Source of the DNA: an uncultured Gemmatimonadales bacterium
Lineage (GTDB): Bacteria > Gemmatimonadota > Gemmatimonadetes > Longimicrobiales > RSA9
Assembly: GCA_963798085.1 (NCBI GenBank)
Contig: CAWCRS010000001.1
Span: 128,001-192,000 of the forward strand
DNA: 64,000 bases
Reading direction: 5' to 3'
The translations under genes were made by a program, and so were the position numbers. Each line of letters opens with the position of its first letter. Position 1 is the first letter of the stretch. The notes beneath the pieces were generated by a model. That model worked only from the letters and a program-made list of their open reading frames with translations. It did no database searches and was not told the DNA's origin. Positions 1 through 9,840 of this stretch are shown here, piece by piece.

Positions 1-544
1 CCCGAGCGTTGTCGCCATGCCCGAACTTGGCCACCAGCGGCAGCGTGAACCCGCCCACGATGAGCTGCGCGATCATCGCCGCGAAGAACCGGTACGACGA
101 AAGCGTCGTGCGCTCGTTCACGTCCCCCGTCATCACCCCCATGAGCGCCGAGTACGGCGTGTTGTTCGCCGAGTACAGCGTCATGAGCAGGACGTTGGTG
201 ACGACAGCGTAGACGAGCATTCCTGTGGCGTTGAAGGACGGCACGGTATACGCCAGCACCAGAACGACGGCCCAGGGTAGCGCCGTGCCCAGCACCCAGG
301 GTCGGAACTTGCCCCAGCGGGTCTTGGTGCGGTCCGCGAGCACGCCCATCATGGGATCGAAGAACGCGTCCCAGAGACGCCCCACCAGCAGCAGTGAGCC
401 GGCCGCACCGGCCGTGAGCCCGAACGTGTCTGTGTAGAAGCTGAGCTGGAAGAGGATCATCGTCATGAAGACGAAGTTTGCCGCGGCGTCGCCGAGGCTG
501 TAGCCCGCCTTCTCGACGAACGAAAGCTTCTCTCTTTCCGCCAT
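1..544 (-). CDS. GPH-family (glycoside-pentoside-hexuronide) MFS sugar:cation symporter, partial (runs off left edge)
   Basis: Manual translation from ATG at 544: MAEREKLSFVEKAGYSLGDAAANFVFMTMILFQLSFYTDTFG...WDAFFDPMMGVLADRTKTRWGKFRPW, the typical GPH N-terminus. Confidence 0.92.
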   Translation of the reverse strand, partial: MAEREKLSFVEKAGYSLGDAAANFVFMTMILFQLSFYTDTFGLTAGAAGSLLLVGRLWDAFFDPMMGVLADRTKTRWGKFRPWVLGTALPWAVVLVLAYTVPSFNATGMLVYAVVTNVLLMTLYSANNTPYSALMGVMTGDVNERTTLSSYRFFAAMIAQLIVGGFTLPLVAKFGHGDNAR

Positions 545-573
545 GCGTTGCAGTTCCTCGTGTGCGCCGGGAA

Positions 574-2888
574 TCAGCGCGTGACCGTGAGTGCCAGCGT
601 CTGCAGGTCGCAGTCCCGTGACGAGGTCCCGACCATGATCGTGAACTCTCCGGGCTCGACCACCCGTTGCATGTCGATGTCGTGGAAAGCCAGTGAATCG
701 GGTGTGATCTCGAGGGCCACCGTGGCTGACTCGCCGGGGACGAGCGTCACCCGACTGAAGCCCTTCAGCTCCTTGACCGGCCGCGTCACGGAGCTGAACT
801 CGTCGCGGATGTACAGCTGCACCACCTCCGTGCCTTTGCGCGACCCGGTGTTCGTCACCTCCGCCAGCACGCGCGTGCGGCCGTCGCACGCAATCGTGCT
901 CGCCTCTAGCCTCACGCGCTCCACGCGGAACGTGGTGTAGCTCAGACCGAAGCCGAACGCGAACAGCGGCGTTGCATCATCGAACAGGTAGCCCCGCCGC
1001 GCCGACGGCTTGTGATTGTAGAACACGGGCAGGTGGCCCGCGCTGCGCGGGAATGAAATCGGCAGCTTGCCCGACGGATTGCAGTCGCCGAACAGGACGT
1101 CGGCGATCGCGCGGCCGCTGTCCTGCCCGAGGTACCAGCATTCCAGGATCGCCGGCACGGTCGCGGCCAGATGCGGAATCGCCAGTGGGCGACCGTTGAA
1201 GAGCAGCGCGATCACCGGTTTGCCCGTGGCCAGCAGCGCGTCCACCAGCTGCTGCTGACGGCCGAGCAGGTCGAGGTGTGCGCGGTCACCCATGTGCGTT
1301 CGTGACCACGCCTCGCGCGACGTTTGCTCGTTGCCGCCGATCGCCAGGATCACGACGTCGGCCTGCAACGCGACTGCGACTGCCTCCCCGATCTTGCGCG
1401 CGTCCTCGGCCGGATCCGCGGCCACGACCTCGTCCTGGTTCCACGAGCCGCCCTGCGTGATGCCGCAGCCCTCCGCGTACAGCACGGCGTGCGCCCCTGC
1501 CTTCTCCCTCACGCCGTCCAGCACGGTCACGAAATAGCCGGGCACGCCGCTGTAGCCACCCAGCATGGTGCGGTGCGCGTTCGGGCCGATCACCGCGATC
1601 GTGCCGCAGCGGTCGGCGTCGAGAGGCAACAGATCCGCTTCGTTCCGCAACAGTGTGATGGCCTCGCGCGCCGCGGTGAGGCCGAGCGCGCGGTTCGGTG
1701 CGGACCCGACGATCCGTTCCGCCGCATCCGGGTCCACGTACGGGTCGTCGAACAGGCCCATGCGGAACTTCCAGTAGAGCATGGGCGCCACCAGCTCGTC
1801 GAGCTCCGCCTCCCGCAGCGCGCCTTCGCGCACCAGCTCCGCCAGGTGCAGGTAGCAGTCCGGCTCCGGCAGCTCGATGTTGACGCCCGCGCGCACCGCC
1901 AGTGCGCACGCTGCCCTCCGGTCCGCCGCCACCCGGTGGCCGTGCGTGCCCGGGCGGTCGGACAGCTCCCAGATCGCGTAGTAATCCGAAACCACATAGC
2001 CGGTGAAGCCCCACTCGCCGCGCAGCACGTCCCGCAGCAGCCAGCGGTTCGCGTGCGAAGGAACGCCGTCGATCTCGTTGTACGACGCCATGACGCTGAT
2101 CGCGCCCGCCTCGTCGATGGCCTGGCGGAAGGGAGGGAAGAAAACGTCGCGCAGCAGACGCTCCGAGATTTCGGCCGGCCCGCAGTTCATGCCGCCCTCC
2201 GGCTGGCCGTGGCCGGTCATGTGCTTGAGCGTGGCGATCACGTGCTTCCGGCCGCGGAACGTGCCATCGCCCTGGAAGCCGCGCACCGCCGCCGCACCCA
2301 TCCGCCCCGCCAGATACGGATCCTCGCCGTACGTCTCCTCGACGCGACCCCAGCGAGCATCGCGCGCCACGTCGACCACTGGCGTCAGCGCCTGGTGCGT
2401 CCCCCGCGCGCGCGCCTCCTCTGCCGTCATCGCGAACAGCGACGTTCCACCAGCTCCGGGTCGAACGTGGCCGCCAGAGCAATCGGCTGCGCGAAGCTCG
2501 TCGCGCCCACCGCCGCGTGGCCGTGCAGGCACTCCTCATGGAAAATCACCGGGATGCCCAGGCGACTCTCCTCCACGAAGAACCGCTGGATCGCATTCGT
2601 CAGCTCGGCGGTTTCGCGCGGTCTGAGACCGCCTGCCGCGTCGCTCGGCCGCCCGACCTGCCCCAGGCCGTGGCCCGCCGCGAATGCCCGCTCCGCCTTC
2701 TCCCGGTCGAACCGGCCCGCGGCGTCAACCAGCGTGTCGGCCTTCTGCTGCCACACGCACATCATCTGCGCGGCCTTCTCCTCGAGCGTCATGCGCGCGA
2801 GCAGATCCTTCAGCCGTTCCTCGGCCGGCAGCACGGGATTGCGGTACGGCTCGCTCACCTGGTTCGGCATTTCGACCGGCGTGGTCAC
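574..2888 (-). CDS. GH3 beta-xylosidase/beta-glucosidase, no signal peptide; one frameshift near 2445
   Basis: ORF 2427-2888 (LLARMTLEEK, FHEECLHG, IALAATFDPELVE) continues in another frame (RDARWGRVEETYGEDP, KHMTGHG, VVSDY, C-terminal Fn3 VVQLYIRD...RPVKELKGF). Confidence 0.9.
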
Positions 2889-3092
2889 GGGTCGACTGCC
2901 GGCTCGAACGGCACTCGTTGCCCGCCGTGGTCACGGAGACTGCTCCGGCCGCGCCGCTCACACAGCAGCCGGCCGGATTTCGGAGAGGAAATCGCGCGCA
3001 TTGCAAAGGCCTCGCCCACGGGTCCGTGAGGCTGACCTCGTGGTCGCCTCGTCGGAACAGCCGGGGAGGCGTGCGCTGCGCCATTGATAGAA

Positions 3093-3103
3093 TGATAATA
3101 TGA
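3093..3103. promoter_or_regulatory. Candidate operator TGATAATATGA upstream of the GH3-GPH operon
   Basis: AT-rich near-palindrome next to a minus-strand TTGCGA; similar sites at 5610 and 18462. Confidence 0.5.
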
Positions 3104-3245
3104 CTTTCGCAAGAATCAGCTACGCGGGCAGGCAGACGCAGCGACGGGAACCGCCGGTTCGCGCGAAACGGGACTGCGGCCGGAATCCGCGCTGATGGGG
3201 CGGCCGATGGACGGCGGGTCGCGTTCGCGTGCTCGATCGGCGCGG

Positions 3246-5480
3246 TCAGCGGAGGCGGGGGGTGCTGCGCGCGCCCCCGCCGCTCGCCGACGGGCGCATG
3301 ATCTCCGGACACGATGCGTGGACCAGGTTCATGGGGCAACGCAGCTGCCGGTAGAAATCGAGATTGTGCGCCGGCTGCTCGTATCCGGCAGGAATCGGCA
3401 GCCCGGAGAACGTCTGCCAGTAGAGCAGCGACGCGTCCCGCCACCAGCGGGCCTCTGCCACTTCCTTCTCGAGGTTGACGCGCGCCTCCCGGAACCGGTC
3501 GTCGTCGATTCGGCCCGCGAGGGAAACCCATGTGCGCAGATTCGCCTTCACGGTGTCCACGCCCATGTTGTAGTGCCGCACAAGCTCCTCCCAGAGTGTA
3601 CGGCCGGACGGCAGCCGCTCGGTCCAGGCGACGTGGTGAAACCAGAGCAGCAGGGTGTCACCGACCGTGCTGCGGTCAGCGAATCGATGGTCGAGCGGCG
3701 GGTGGTACTGCGCTACGGCGTTGCTACCGCTCGGTGTGCGGTCGAAGCCGATCCCCACGCGGTCCGCGCGTGCGTAGTAGGGCGGCGTCCAGTCTGCTCG
3801 CGGTCCGGCGGACTGCCACGGCCCCGGGCCGTAGTGCCCCCGCGCCGACATCTGATGGGCCAGACCGAGCGGCGTCATGTAGTTCACCGCGGCCTCACGC
3901 GAGTGGAGCATCATCGCCTTCACCTGCGTGACGAACGTGCTGTCATTCGTGAACGTCATGCGGATCCACTCATCCGCGATCGTGCCCGCGCTCAGTTCGT
4001 GGTCCCAGGCCAGACGTCCGAACGCATACCAGTTCGCCTGGTTGAACGTGGAGCCGCACCAGTTCGGGTCGTCCCCGGTATTGGCCACGCCCGCCATGCC
4101 CGTGTGCGGGTAGTGCGTCAGGCTGCCATCGAGCATGCGCGCCACCGAGGACCCCGACCCGTGCGCATACGTGTCTGCGCGCAGCACTTCCGTCCACATC
4201 GGGGCGAGGTAGACCAGGCTCGAGTACTGGCCCAGGTACTCCTTCGTGACCTGCACCTCCATCATCAGCGGCGTCTTCGGCATGGCGCCGAAGAGAGGCG
4301 AGAAGGGCTCCCGCGGCTGAAAGTCGAGCGGTCCGTTCTTCACCTGGATGAAGACATTCGGCCGGAATTGCCCGTCCAGTGGCGTGAACTCGTCGTACGC
4401 CTGTTTCACCCGGTCGATGGCGGCGCTGTCCGCATACACGAAGGCTCGCCAGAGGACGATGCCACCGTGCGGCGATAGCGCGTCCGCGATCAGGTTCGCG
4501 CCCTGGGCATGAGAGCGGCCGTAGTCCCTGGGTCCCGGTTGTCCCTCCGAGTTCGCCTTCATCAGGAAGCCGCCGAAGTCCGGGATCAACGCGTACACTT
4601 CGTCCGCCTTCTGCTTCCACCACGCCTGCACCGCCGCATCGAGCGGGTCCGCCGTCGCCAGACCGCCGGTCTCCACCGGCGAGCTGAAGCGCGCCGTCAG
4701 AAAGACGCGGATGCCGTACGGCCGGAACACGTTCGCCAGCGCGGCCGCCTTCACCAGGTAATCGTGCCGGAGAAATATCGTGTTAGCGTTGACGTTCGTG
4801 AGCGCGACGGCATTCAGGCCCAGGGATGCGTCGGCGCGCGCGTAGTCGGTGTAGCGGGGATCGAGCGTGTCCGGCAGCTGACTCCACTTCCACAGCGAGC
4901 CTCCCGCGTAGCCTCGCTCGATGCTGCCGTCCGGGTTGTCCCAGTGGTCCAGCATCCGCAGCTCGAACGTCGGCGCGCTGGTCAGCGCCAGTCCTGCCAG
5001 CGGACGATGCGTCTGCAGCTGCCGCAGGAACGCGAACACGCCGTACAGCACGCCAATGTCGCGGTTGGCGGTGATCACGATGAGGCGCCGGCCCCCCACG
5101 GCCACCGGCCGGATCAGGTAGCCCTCACTGCCCAGGGGCGGCAGCTCCGCGGCCAGCGGCAGCGTGGCAATGAACCGGGAGCTGGCCGGCGTCCCCGCCA
5201 GCACCGTGCCCTCGCCCACCGCGCCGCCGACCGCGAGTGAAGTACCGAGCAATCCATTGATGCCAATCGTGAGCTCCCGCCGTGCGGCCGCCAGCGTCGG
5301 CGACTCGCCCTCCACCACCAGGCGCTGGATCGCCGCGCGATAGGAACCCAGCAGCGCCGCGTCCTCGACGCGTGGGTAGCGCAGCCACAGCGCGTACCCG
5401 TTCTCCACGCGCGTCCGCTCGCTCGCGGCCAGCAGTGGAATCAGCAGGAGTGCGCCCTTGAGCAGCTTCCGGATCCTCAT
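3246..5480 (-). CDS. aguA: GH67 alpha-glucuronidase
   Basis: ENGYALWLRY, RMLDHWDN, GSIERGYAG, LTNVNA, KANSEGQPGP, KNGPLDFQPREP, FNQANWYAFGRLAW. Confidence 0.95.
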   Translation of the reverse strand: MRIRKLLKGALLLIPLLAASERTRVENGYALWLRYPRVEDAALLGSYRAAIQRLVVEGESPTLAAARRELTIGINGLLGTSLAVGGAVGEGTVLAGTPASSRFIATLPLAAELPPLGSEGYLIRPVAVGGRRLIVITANRDIGVLYGVFAFLRQLQTHRPLAGLALTSAPTFELRMLDHWDNPDGSIERGYAGGSLWKWSQLPDTLDPRYTDYARADASLGLNAVALTNVNANTIFLRHDYLVKAAALANVFRPYGIRVFLTARFSSPVETGGLATADPLDAAVQAWWKQKADEVYALIPDFGGFLMKANSEGQPGPRDYGRSHAQGANLIADALSPHGGIVLWRAFVYADSAAIDRVKQAYDEFTPLDGQFRPNVFIQVKNGPLDFQPREPFSPLFGAMPKTPLMMEVQVTKEYLGQYSSLVYLAPMWTEVLRADTYAHGSGSSVARMLDGSLTHYPHTGMAGVANTGDDPNWCGSTFNQANWYAFGRLAWDHELSAGTIADEWIRMTFTNDSTFVTQVKAMMLHSREAAVNYMTPLGLAHQMSARGHYGPGPWQSAGPRADWTPPYYARADRVGIGFDRTPSGSNAVAQYHPPLDHRFADRSTVGDTLLLWFHHVAWTERLPSGRTLWEELVRHYNMGVDTVKANLRTWVSLAGRIDDDRFREARVNLEKEVAEARWWRDASLLYWQTFSGLPIPAGYEQPAHNLDFYRQLRCPMNLVHASCPEIMRPSASGGGARSTPRLR

Positions 5481-5609
5481 GTTCCTGCCTCGTTCTTACC
5501 GGTGGCGCCGGCAGGTCGTTCGAATCGACGACCGCGCGATTCCGCCGCGGGCATGGCAGAGTCACGGTGCGGCGTGAGGCGTTGTCAACAGGTCGGCCGA
5601 CTCGTAATC

Positions 5610-5620
5610 TGATATTATGA
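5610..5620. promoter_or_regulatory. Candidate operator TGATATTATGA between divergent aguA and GH43
   Basis: Near-palindrome CTGATATTATGAG in the intergenic region; same motif class as 3093 and 18462. Confidence 0.5.
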
Positions 5621-5715
5621 GCCCGCACCTATCCCGGCCATAGCGCGACCCGCGCGCCGCGCGATTGCCTCGCAATGCCGGCTGCCGCACGCCGGCGTGG
5701 CACGAACCGACGAGC

Positions 5716-7317
5716 ATGAAGACGAACCCGTCGCTCCTCCTGGCTTCGACCTTCCTCTGCAGCAGCCTGGCGACCGGGACGGTGCGCGCCCAGACGCCGG
5801 TCATACCTGCGCGCAATCCGATCCTGTGGGCGGACGTCCCGGACCCCTGCGTCATCCGCGTGGACAGCGTCTATTACATGACCAGCACGACCATGCACAT
5901 GAGTCCGGGCGTGCCCATCATGCGGTCGAGGAACCTGGTCGACTGGAAAACGATCGGATACGCGTACGACCAGCTTGCCGACGTTGACGCGATGGCCATG
6001 CGGCAGGGCGAGAACGCCTATGGTCGAGGGACGTGGGCGAGCAGCCTCCGCTACCATGCAGGTACCTTCTACGTGGCCACGTTCTCGTACACGACGGGTG
6101 AGACCTACGTCTTCACCACCCGTGACCTCGAGAAGGGTCCGTGGCGTCGGTCGTCACTCAGCGCGGTCTACCACGACCAGTCCCTGTTCTTCGACGATGA
6201 TGGGCGCGCCTGGCTGGTCTACGGCGCGGGCGACATCCGCATCATCGAGCTGACGGCGGACGCGCGCGCGGTGAAGGCGGGCGGAGTGGACCGGCTGCTG
6301 ATCCCGAACGTGGGCGGCATCGCGGGCACGACCTTCAACGTGCCCGGCGAAGGTTCGCATCTGGAGAAGGTGAACGGGCGGTACTTCCTCTTCCTCATCG
6401 TCTGGCCGCGGGGCGGGATGCGTACCGAAGTCGTCTACCGGGCGGATCACCTCACGGGTCCGTGGGAGGGCCGGATCGTCCTCGCCGATGCGGGCATTGC
6501 GCAGGGCGGCATCGTCGACACGCCGGATGGCAAATGGTACGCGCTGCTGTTCGGGGACCGCGGCGCCGTCGGCCGGATTCCCTACCTCGTGCCGGTCACG
6601 TGGAAGGACGGGTGGCCGGTTCTCGGCGACAACGGCAAGGTGCCGGAGACGCTCGACATCCCCACTGATGGAACGGACGTGGGAGGCATCGTCGCATCCG
6701 ACGAATTCTCTGGAGACGCGCTGGGACCTGCCTGGCAGTGGAACCACAATCCGGACGCGCGGCTCTGGTCGCTCGTGAGCCGATCCGGCTGGCTGCGTCT
6801 CACGACGGGTCGCACCAATGCCGGCTTCGTCGCGGCTCGCAACACGCTCACGCAGCGGACCTTCGGACCGCAGAGCACAGCGAGCACAGCGCTCGACGTA
6901 ACCGGCATGAAGGACGGCGACGTCGCCGGCCTCGGGCTTCTGGCCGAGTACTGGGGCTATGTCGGCGTGAAGAAGGAGAATGGCACCGCAACCCTGATCA
7001 TGGCGAGCGCCGACGAAGGCGAGGTGGCGCGTGTCCCGTTGGAGTCGTCGATCATCCAGCTTCGCGCAGAAGCCGATTTCCGGAACCAGACGGACCGCGC
7101 CGTCTTCTCGTACAGCAGCGACGGCGTCCGCTGGACGCCGATCGGCGACACCCTCCGCATGCGCTACACGCTGGGCCATTTCATGGGCTACCGCTTCGCG
7201 CTCTTCCATTACGCGACGAAGACACCCGGCGGCTGGGCCGATTTCGACTATCTGCACCTGGGCAGTCCGGCCGATGCTGCCGGTGGTCGGAGCGAGCGAC
7301 GAAGGAGGGACAACTGA
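5716..7317 (+). CDS. GH43 glycoside hydrolase (xylosidase/arabinofuranosidase) with C-terminal beta-sandwich, Sec signal
   Basis: Signal MKTNPSLLLAS...VRA-Q; WADVPDP, GTWASSLRYH, HDQSLFFDDDG, GEGSH, WQWNHNP, ARNTLTQR, GHFMGYR. Confidence 0.92.
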   Translation: MKTNPSLLLASTFLCSSLATGTVRAQTPVIPARNPILWADVPDPCVIRVDSVYYMTSTTMHMSPGVPIMRSRNLVDWKTIGYAYDQLADVDAMAMRQGENAYGRGTWASSLRYHAGTFYVATFSYTTGETYVFTTRDLEKGPWRRSSLSAVYHDQSLFFDDDGRAWLVYGAGDIRIIELTADARAVKAGGVDRLLIPNVGGIAGTTFNVPGEGSHLEKVNGRYFLFLIVWPRGGMRTEVVYRADHLTGPWEGRIVLADAGIAQGGIVDTPDGKWYALLFGDRGAVGRIPYLVPVTWKDGWPVLGDNGKVPETLDIPTDGTDVGGIVASDEFSGDALGPAWQWNHNPDARLWSLVSRSGWLRLTTGRTNAGFVAARNTLTQRTFGPQSTASTALDVTGMKDGDVAGLGLLAEYWGYVGVKKENGTATLIMASADEGEVARVPLESSIIQLRAEADFRNQTDRAVFSYSSDGVRWTPIGDTLRMRYTLGHFMGYRFALFHYATKTPGGWADFDYLHLGSPADAAGGRSERRRRDN

Positions 7318-9647
7318 AGAGCTGGCTCCGCGCTGCCGCTTCGCTCGCACTGCTGCTTCCGGCCTGTTCGCCCCACCTTGCCCGGCCAGAGGCGGCGCGG
7401 TCCTATCGCGATCCCGCAATGCCCGTGGATGCGAGGGTGGCCGACCTCCTGGCGCGCATGACGCTGGAGGAGAAGGTGGCGCAGATGGAAGCGCTCGCGC
7501 TGGGCCGGGACCTGGATTCGCTCGAATCAGGCTCGAGGGTGGACCGCTACGGCCCGGTCGGAGCGCGGCTCGGCTTCGGGGCCGTGACGGGGCTGGGCTT
7601 CCTGGCGAGGAGCGGGCCCGGTGCGCGGGCCGAGCTGGCGAATCGCGTGCAGCGGTACTTCGTGGAACACACGCGTCTCGGGATTCCCGTCCTGATCACG
7701 GATGAGGCCCTGCACGGTGTGGTCACGCAGAGTGCGACCAACTATCCGACGCCGCTGGCTCTTTCGAGCACGTTCGACACGGCGCTGGTGCACGAAGTCT
7801 TCAGCGAGGTCGGCCTGGAGGCGGCGCTGCTGGGGACGAACCTCGTGCTCTCGCCGGTGCTCGACCTGGCGCAGGACCCGCGGTGGGGCCGCGCCGAGGA
7901 GACGTACGGGGAGGACCCGTACCTCAACTCGCGGATGGGTCTGGCGGCGATCACCGGCTATCAGGGCGAGCGCGCGCCGCTGATCGACCGGCGGCACGTC
8001 GCCGCCACCACGAAGCATTTCGCCGGACACGGCTCGCCCGAGGGCGGGCGCAACATCGGCCCGGTGCACATGAGCGAGGTGGAGCTGCGCAACCTGCCGC
8101 TGCGCCCCTTCGAGACGGCGGTGCGCGAGGCGCACGTCGCCGCGGTGATGCCGGCCTACCACGAAATCCTGGGCGTCCCGGTCCACGCGAACCCGTTCCT
8201 GCTCACGCGGGTGCTGCGCGACGAGTGGAAGTTCGACGGCATGGTCGTGTCCGACTTCTTTGGCGTGCGCTACAATCTCGAGCCGCATCGCGTGGCGCGG
8301 GACACCGCGGAAGCGGCGCTGCTGGCGGCGGAGGCGGGGGTGGACATCGACATGCCCGAGCTGGCGTCCTACCGCAAGCTGGTCTCGCTGGTCCGTGAGG
8401 GAAAGCTGGACGAAGCCATCATCGACCGGTCTGCGGGCCGGGTCCTGCGCACGAAGTTCCGGCTCGGCCTGTTCGATCAACCGTACGTGGATGGGGCCGA
8501 AGCAGCGCGCGTGGTGGGCAGTGAAGCGCACCGTGCGACGGCGCGGCGAGCGGCCAGCGAAGGCATGGTGCTGCTGAAGAACGAGGGCGGTCTGCTGCCG
8601 CTCGACGCGGCCCGCATTCGCACGCTCGCCATCATGGGTCCGCACGCCGACCTCGCCGAGCGCGGCAACTACTCGGGCATGCCATCCTCCAGCGTGACGC
8701 CACTCGCGGCGATCCGGGAAAGGCTCGGCAACGGCGTTCGCGTCCTGTATGCGGAAGGCGTCCGTCTGCTCCAGGGCGGTAGCGGGTTCGGTCCGGTTGG
8801 TCTCGCGGCTGACAGCACGAACCGGCGCCTGATCGCGGAAGCCGTGGGAGTCGCGCGGGAGGCCGATATCGTGGTTCTCGCGCTGGGCGCAACCGCATCG
8901 ATGATGCGCGAGGCGTGGCCCGGCAGAGAGGGCGACAATGCGAGCCTCGAGCTGCGCGGCATGCAGAACGATCTGGTGGATGCGATCCGCGCCACCGGCA
9001 AGCCGTTCGTCGTGCTGCTGTTCAGCGGTGGCCCGCTCAGTTTCGCGCACGTGGACAGTGTGGCTCCGGCCGCGGTCTACTGCTGGTATCTCGGACAGGA
9101 GACCGGTCACGCGATGGCGGACGTGTTGTTCGGCGACGTCAATCCCTCCGGCCGCCTGCCGATCAGCATCGCGCGCAGCGTCGGCCAGCTGCCCGTGTAC
9201 TACAACCATGCGCCCAGCGCGCGCCGCCAGTCCTACCTCTTCGAGGAATCGTCACCACTCTACCCGTTCGGCTACGGCCTGAGCTACACGACCTTCCGCT
9301 TCAGCAGCCTGCGCCTCTCGGCCGACGCCATCTCGGCGCGCGACTCTGTCGCCGTGTCGGTGGACGTCACCAACACCGGATCGCGCGGCGGCACCGCCGT
9401 CGTGCAGCTCTACATCCGCCAGGACTTCACCATTCCCACACGGCCGGTCAAGGAATTGAAGGACTTCGCGCGGGTCACCCTTGCGCCTGGCGAGACGAGG
9501 CCGGTGCGCATGGTGCTGACACCGCAGAAGCTCGGGCAGTACCTCGCCGATGGCACGTTCGTGGTGCGGCCCGGGCCTTTCCATGTGATGGTGGGGGGCT
9601 CGTCGCGCGATGAGGATCTTCTCAGCGTCGAGCTCCAGCTGAAATAA
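7314..9647 (+). CDS. GH3 beta-glycosidase, predicted lipoprotein, probable CTG start
   Basis: AAGGAGGG SD then CTG overlapping the upstream TGA; LKSWLRAAASLALLLPAC lipobox; DEALHG, DPRWGRAEETYGEDP, KHFAGHG, VVSDF, Fn3 tail. Confidence 0.9.
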   Translation: MKSWLRAAASLALLLPACSPHLARPEAARSYRDPAMPVDARVADLLARMTLEEKVAQMEALALGRDLDSLESGSRVDRYGPVGARLGFGAVTGLGFLARSGPGARAELANRVQRYFVEHTRLGIPVLITDEALHGVVTQSATNYPTPLALSSTFDTALVHEVFSEVGLEAALLGTNLVLSPVLDLAQDPRWGRAEETYGEDPYLNSRMGLAAITGYQGERAPLIDRRHVAATTKHFAGHGSPEGGRNIGPVHMSEVELRNLPLRPFETAVREAHVAAVMPAYHEILGVPVHANPFLLTRVLRDEWKFDGMVVSDFFGVRYNLEPHRVARDTAEAALLAAEAGVDIDMPELASYRKLVSLVREGKLDEAIIDRSAGRVLRTKFRLGLFDQPYVDGAEAARVVGSEAHRATARRAASEGMVLLKNEGGLLPLDAARIRTLAIMGPHADLAERGNYSGMPSSSVTPLAAIRERLGNGVRVLYAEGVRLLQGGSGFGPVGLAADSTNRRLIAEAVGVAREADIVVLALGATASMMREAWPGREGDNASLELRGMQNDLVDAIRATGKPFVVLLFSGGPLSFAHVDSVAPAAVYCWYLGQETGHAMADVLFGDVNPSGRLPISIARSVGQLPVYYNHAPSARRQSYLFEESSPLYPFGYGLSYTTFRFSSLRLSADAISARDSVAVSVDVTNTGSRGGTAVVQLYIRQDFTIPTRPVKELKDFARVTLAPGETRPVRMVLTPQKLGQYLADGTFVVRPGPFHVMVGGSSRDEDLLSVELQLK

Positions 9648-9684
9648 TCGTTCAGGCGGGAAGTGAGCACCGGGAGGCGGCACC

Positions 9685-9837
9685 GTGAACCAAGGCGAAG
9701 CGCTACCGGCACGCGGTGCGGCCAGGGACGGGAGCCGCCGTGACCAGCTGCGGATGATGAGCGCGGGCATGGCCGCCGGTCCCGTCGTGATGGATCGGGT
9801 GGTGGGGTCGCGCATGACGGCGAATCCGGCAGGCTGA
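9685..9837 (+). CDS. 50-aa small ORF with Tat-like SRRDQL motif (possible gene remnant)
   Basis: GGGAGG SD, GTG start, MNQGEALPARGAARDGSRRDQLRMMSAGMAAGPVVMDRVVGSRMTANPAG*, stops 3 nt before the next ATG. Confidence 0.4.
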   Translation: MNQGEALPARGAARDGSRRDQLRMMSAGMAAGPVVMDRVVGSRMTANPAG

Positions 9838-9840
9838 GCC

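Noticed and set aside
2885..3084. Possible remnant of a regulator gene starting MAQRTPPRLFRRGDHEV next to the operator
   Set aside because: No helix-turn-helix or other recognisable motif; position alone is not enough
6738..7313. Long N-terminal extensions in the ORF track (also susC 18053-18229, 18587-18910, 22078-22413, 32463-32774, 36588-37727, 60118-60732, 62912-63484)
   Set aside because: They overlap other genes or intergenic DNA; SD sites and signal peptides mark the later starts
9697..9711. LacI-type xyl-box-like GAAGCGCTACC
   Set aside because: Only a half match, it lies inside the small ORF, and it is not repeated at other PUL promoters
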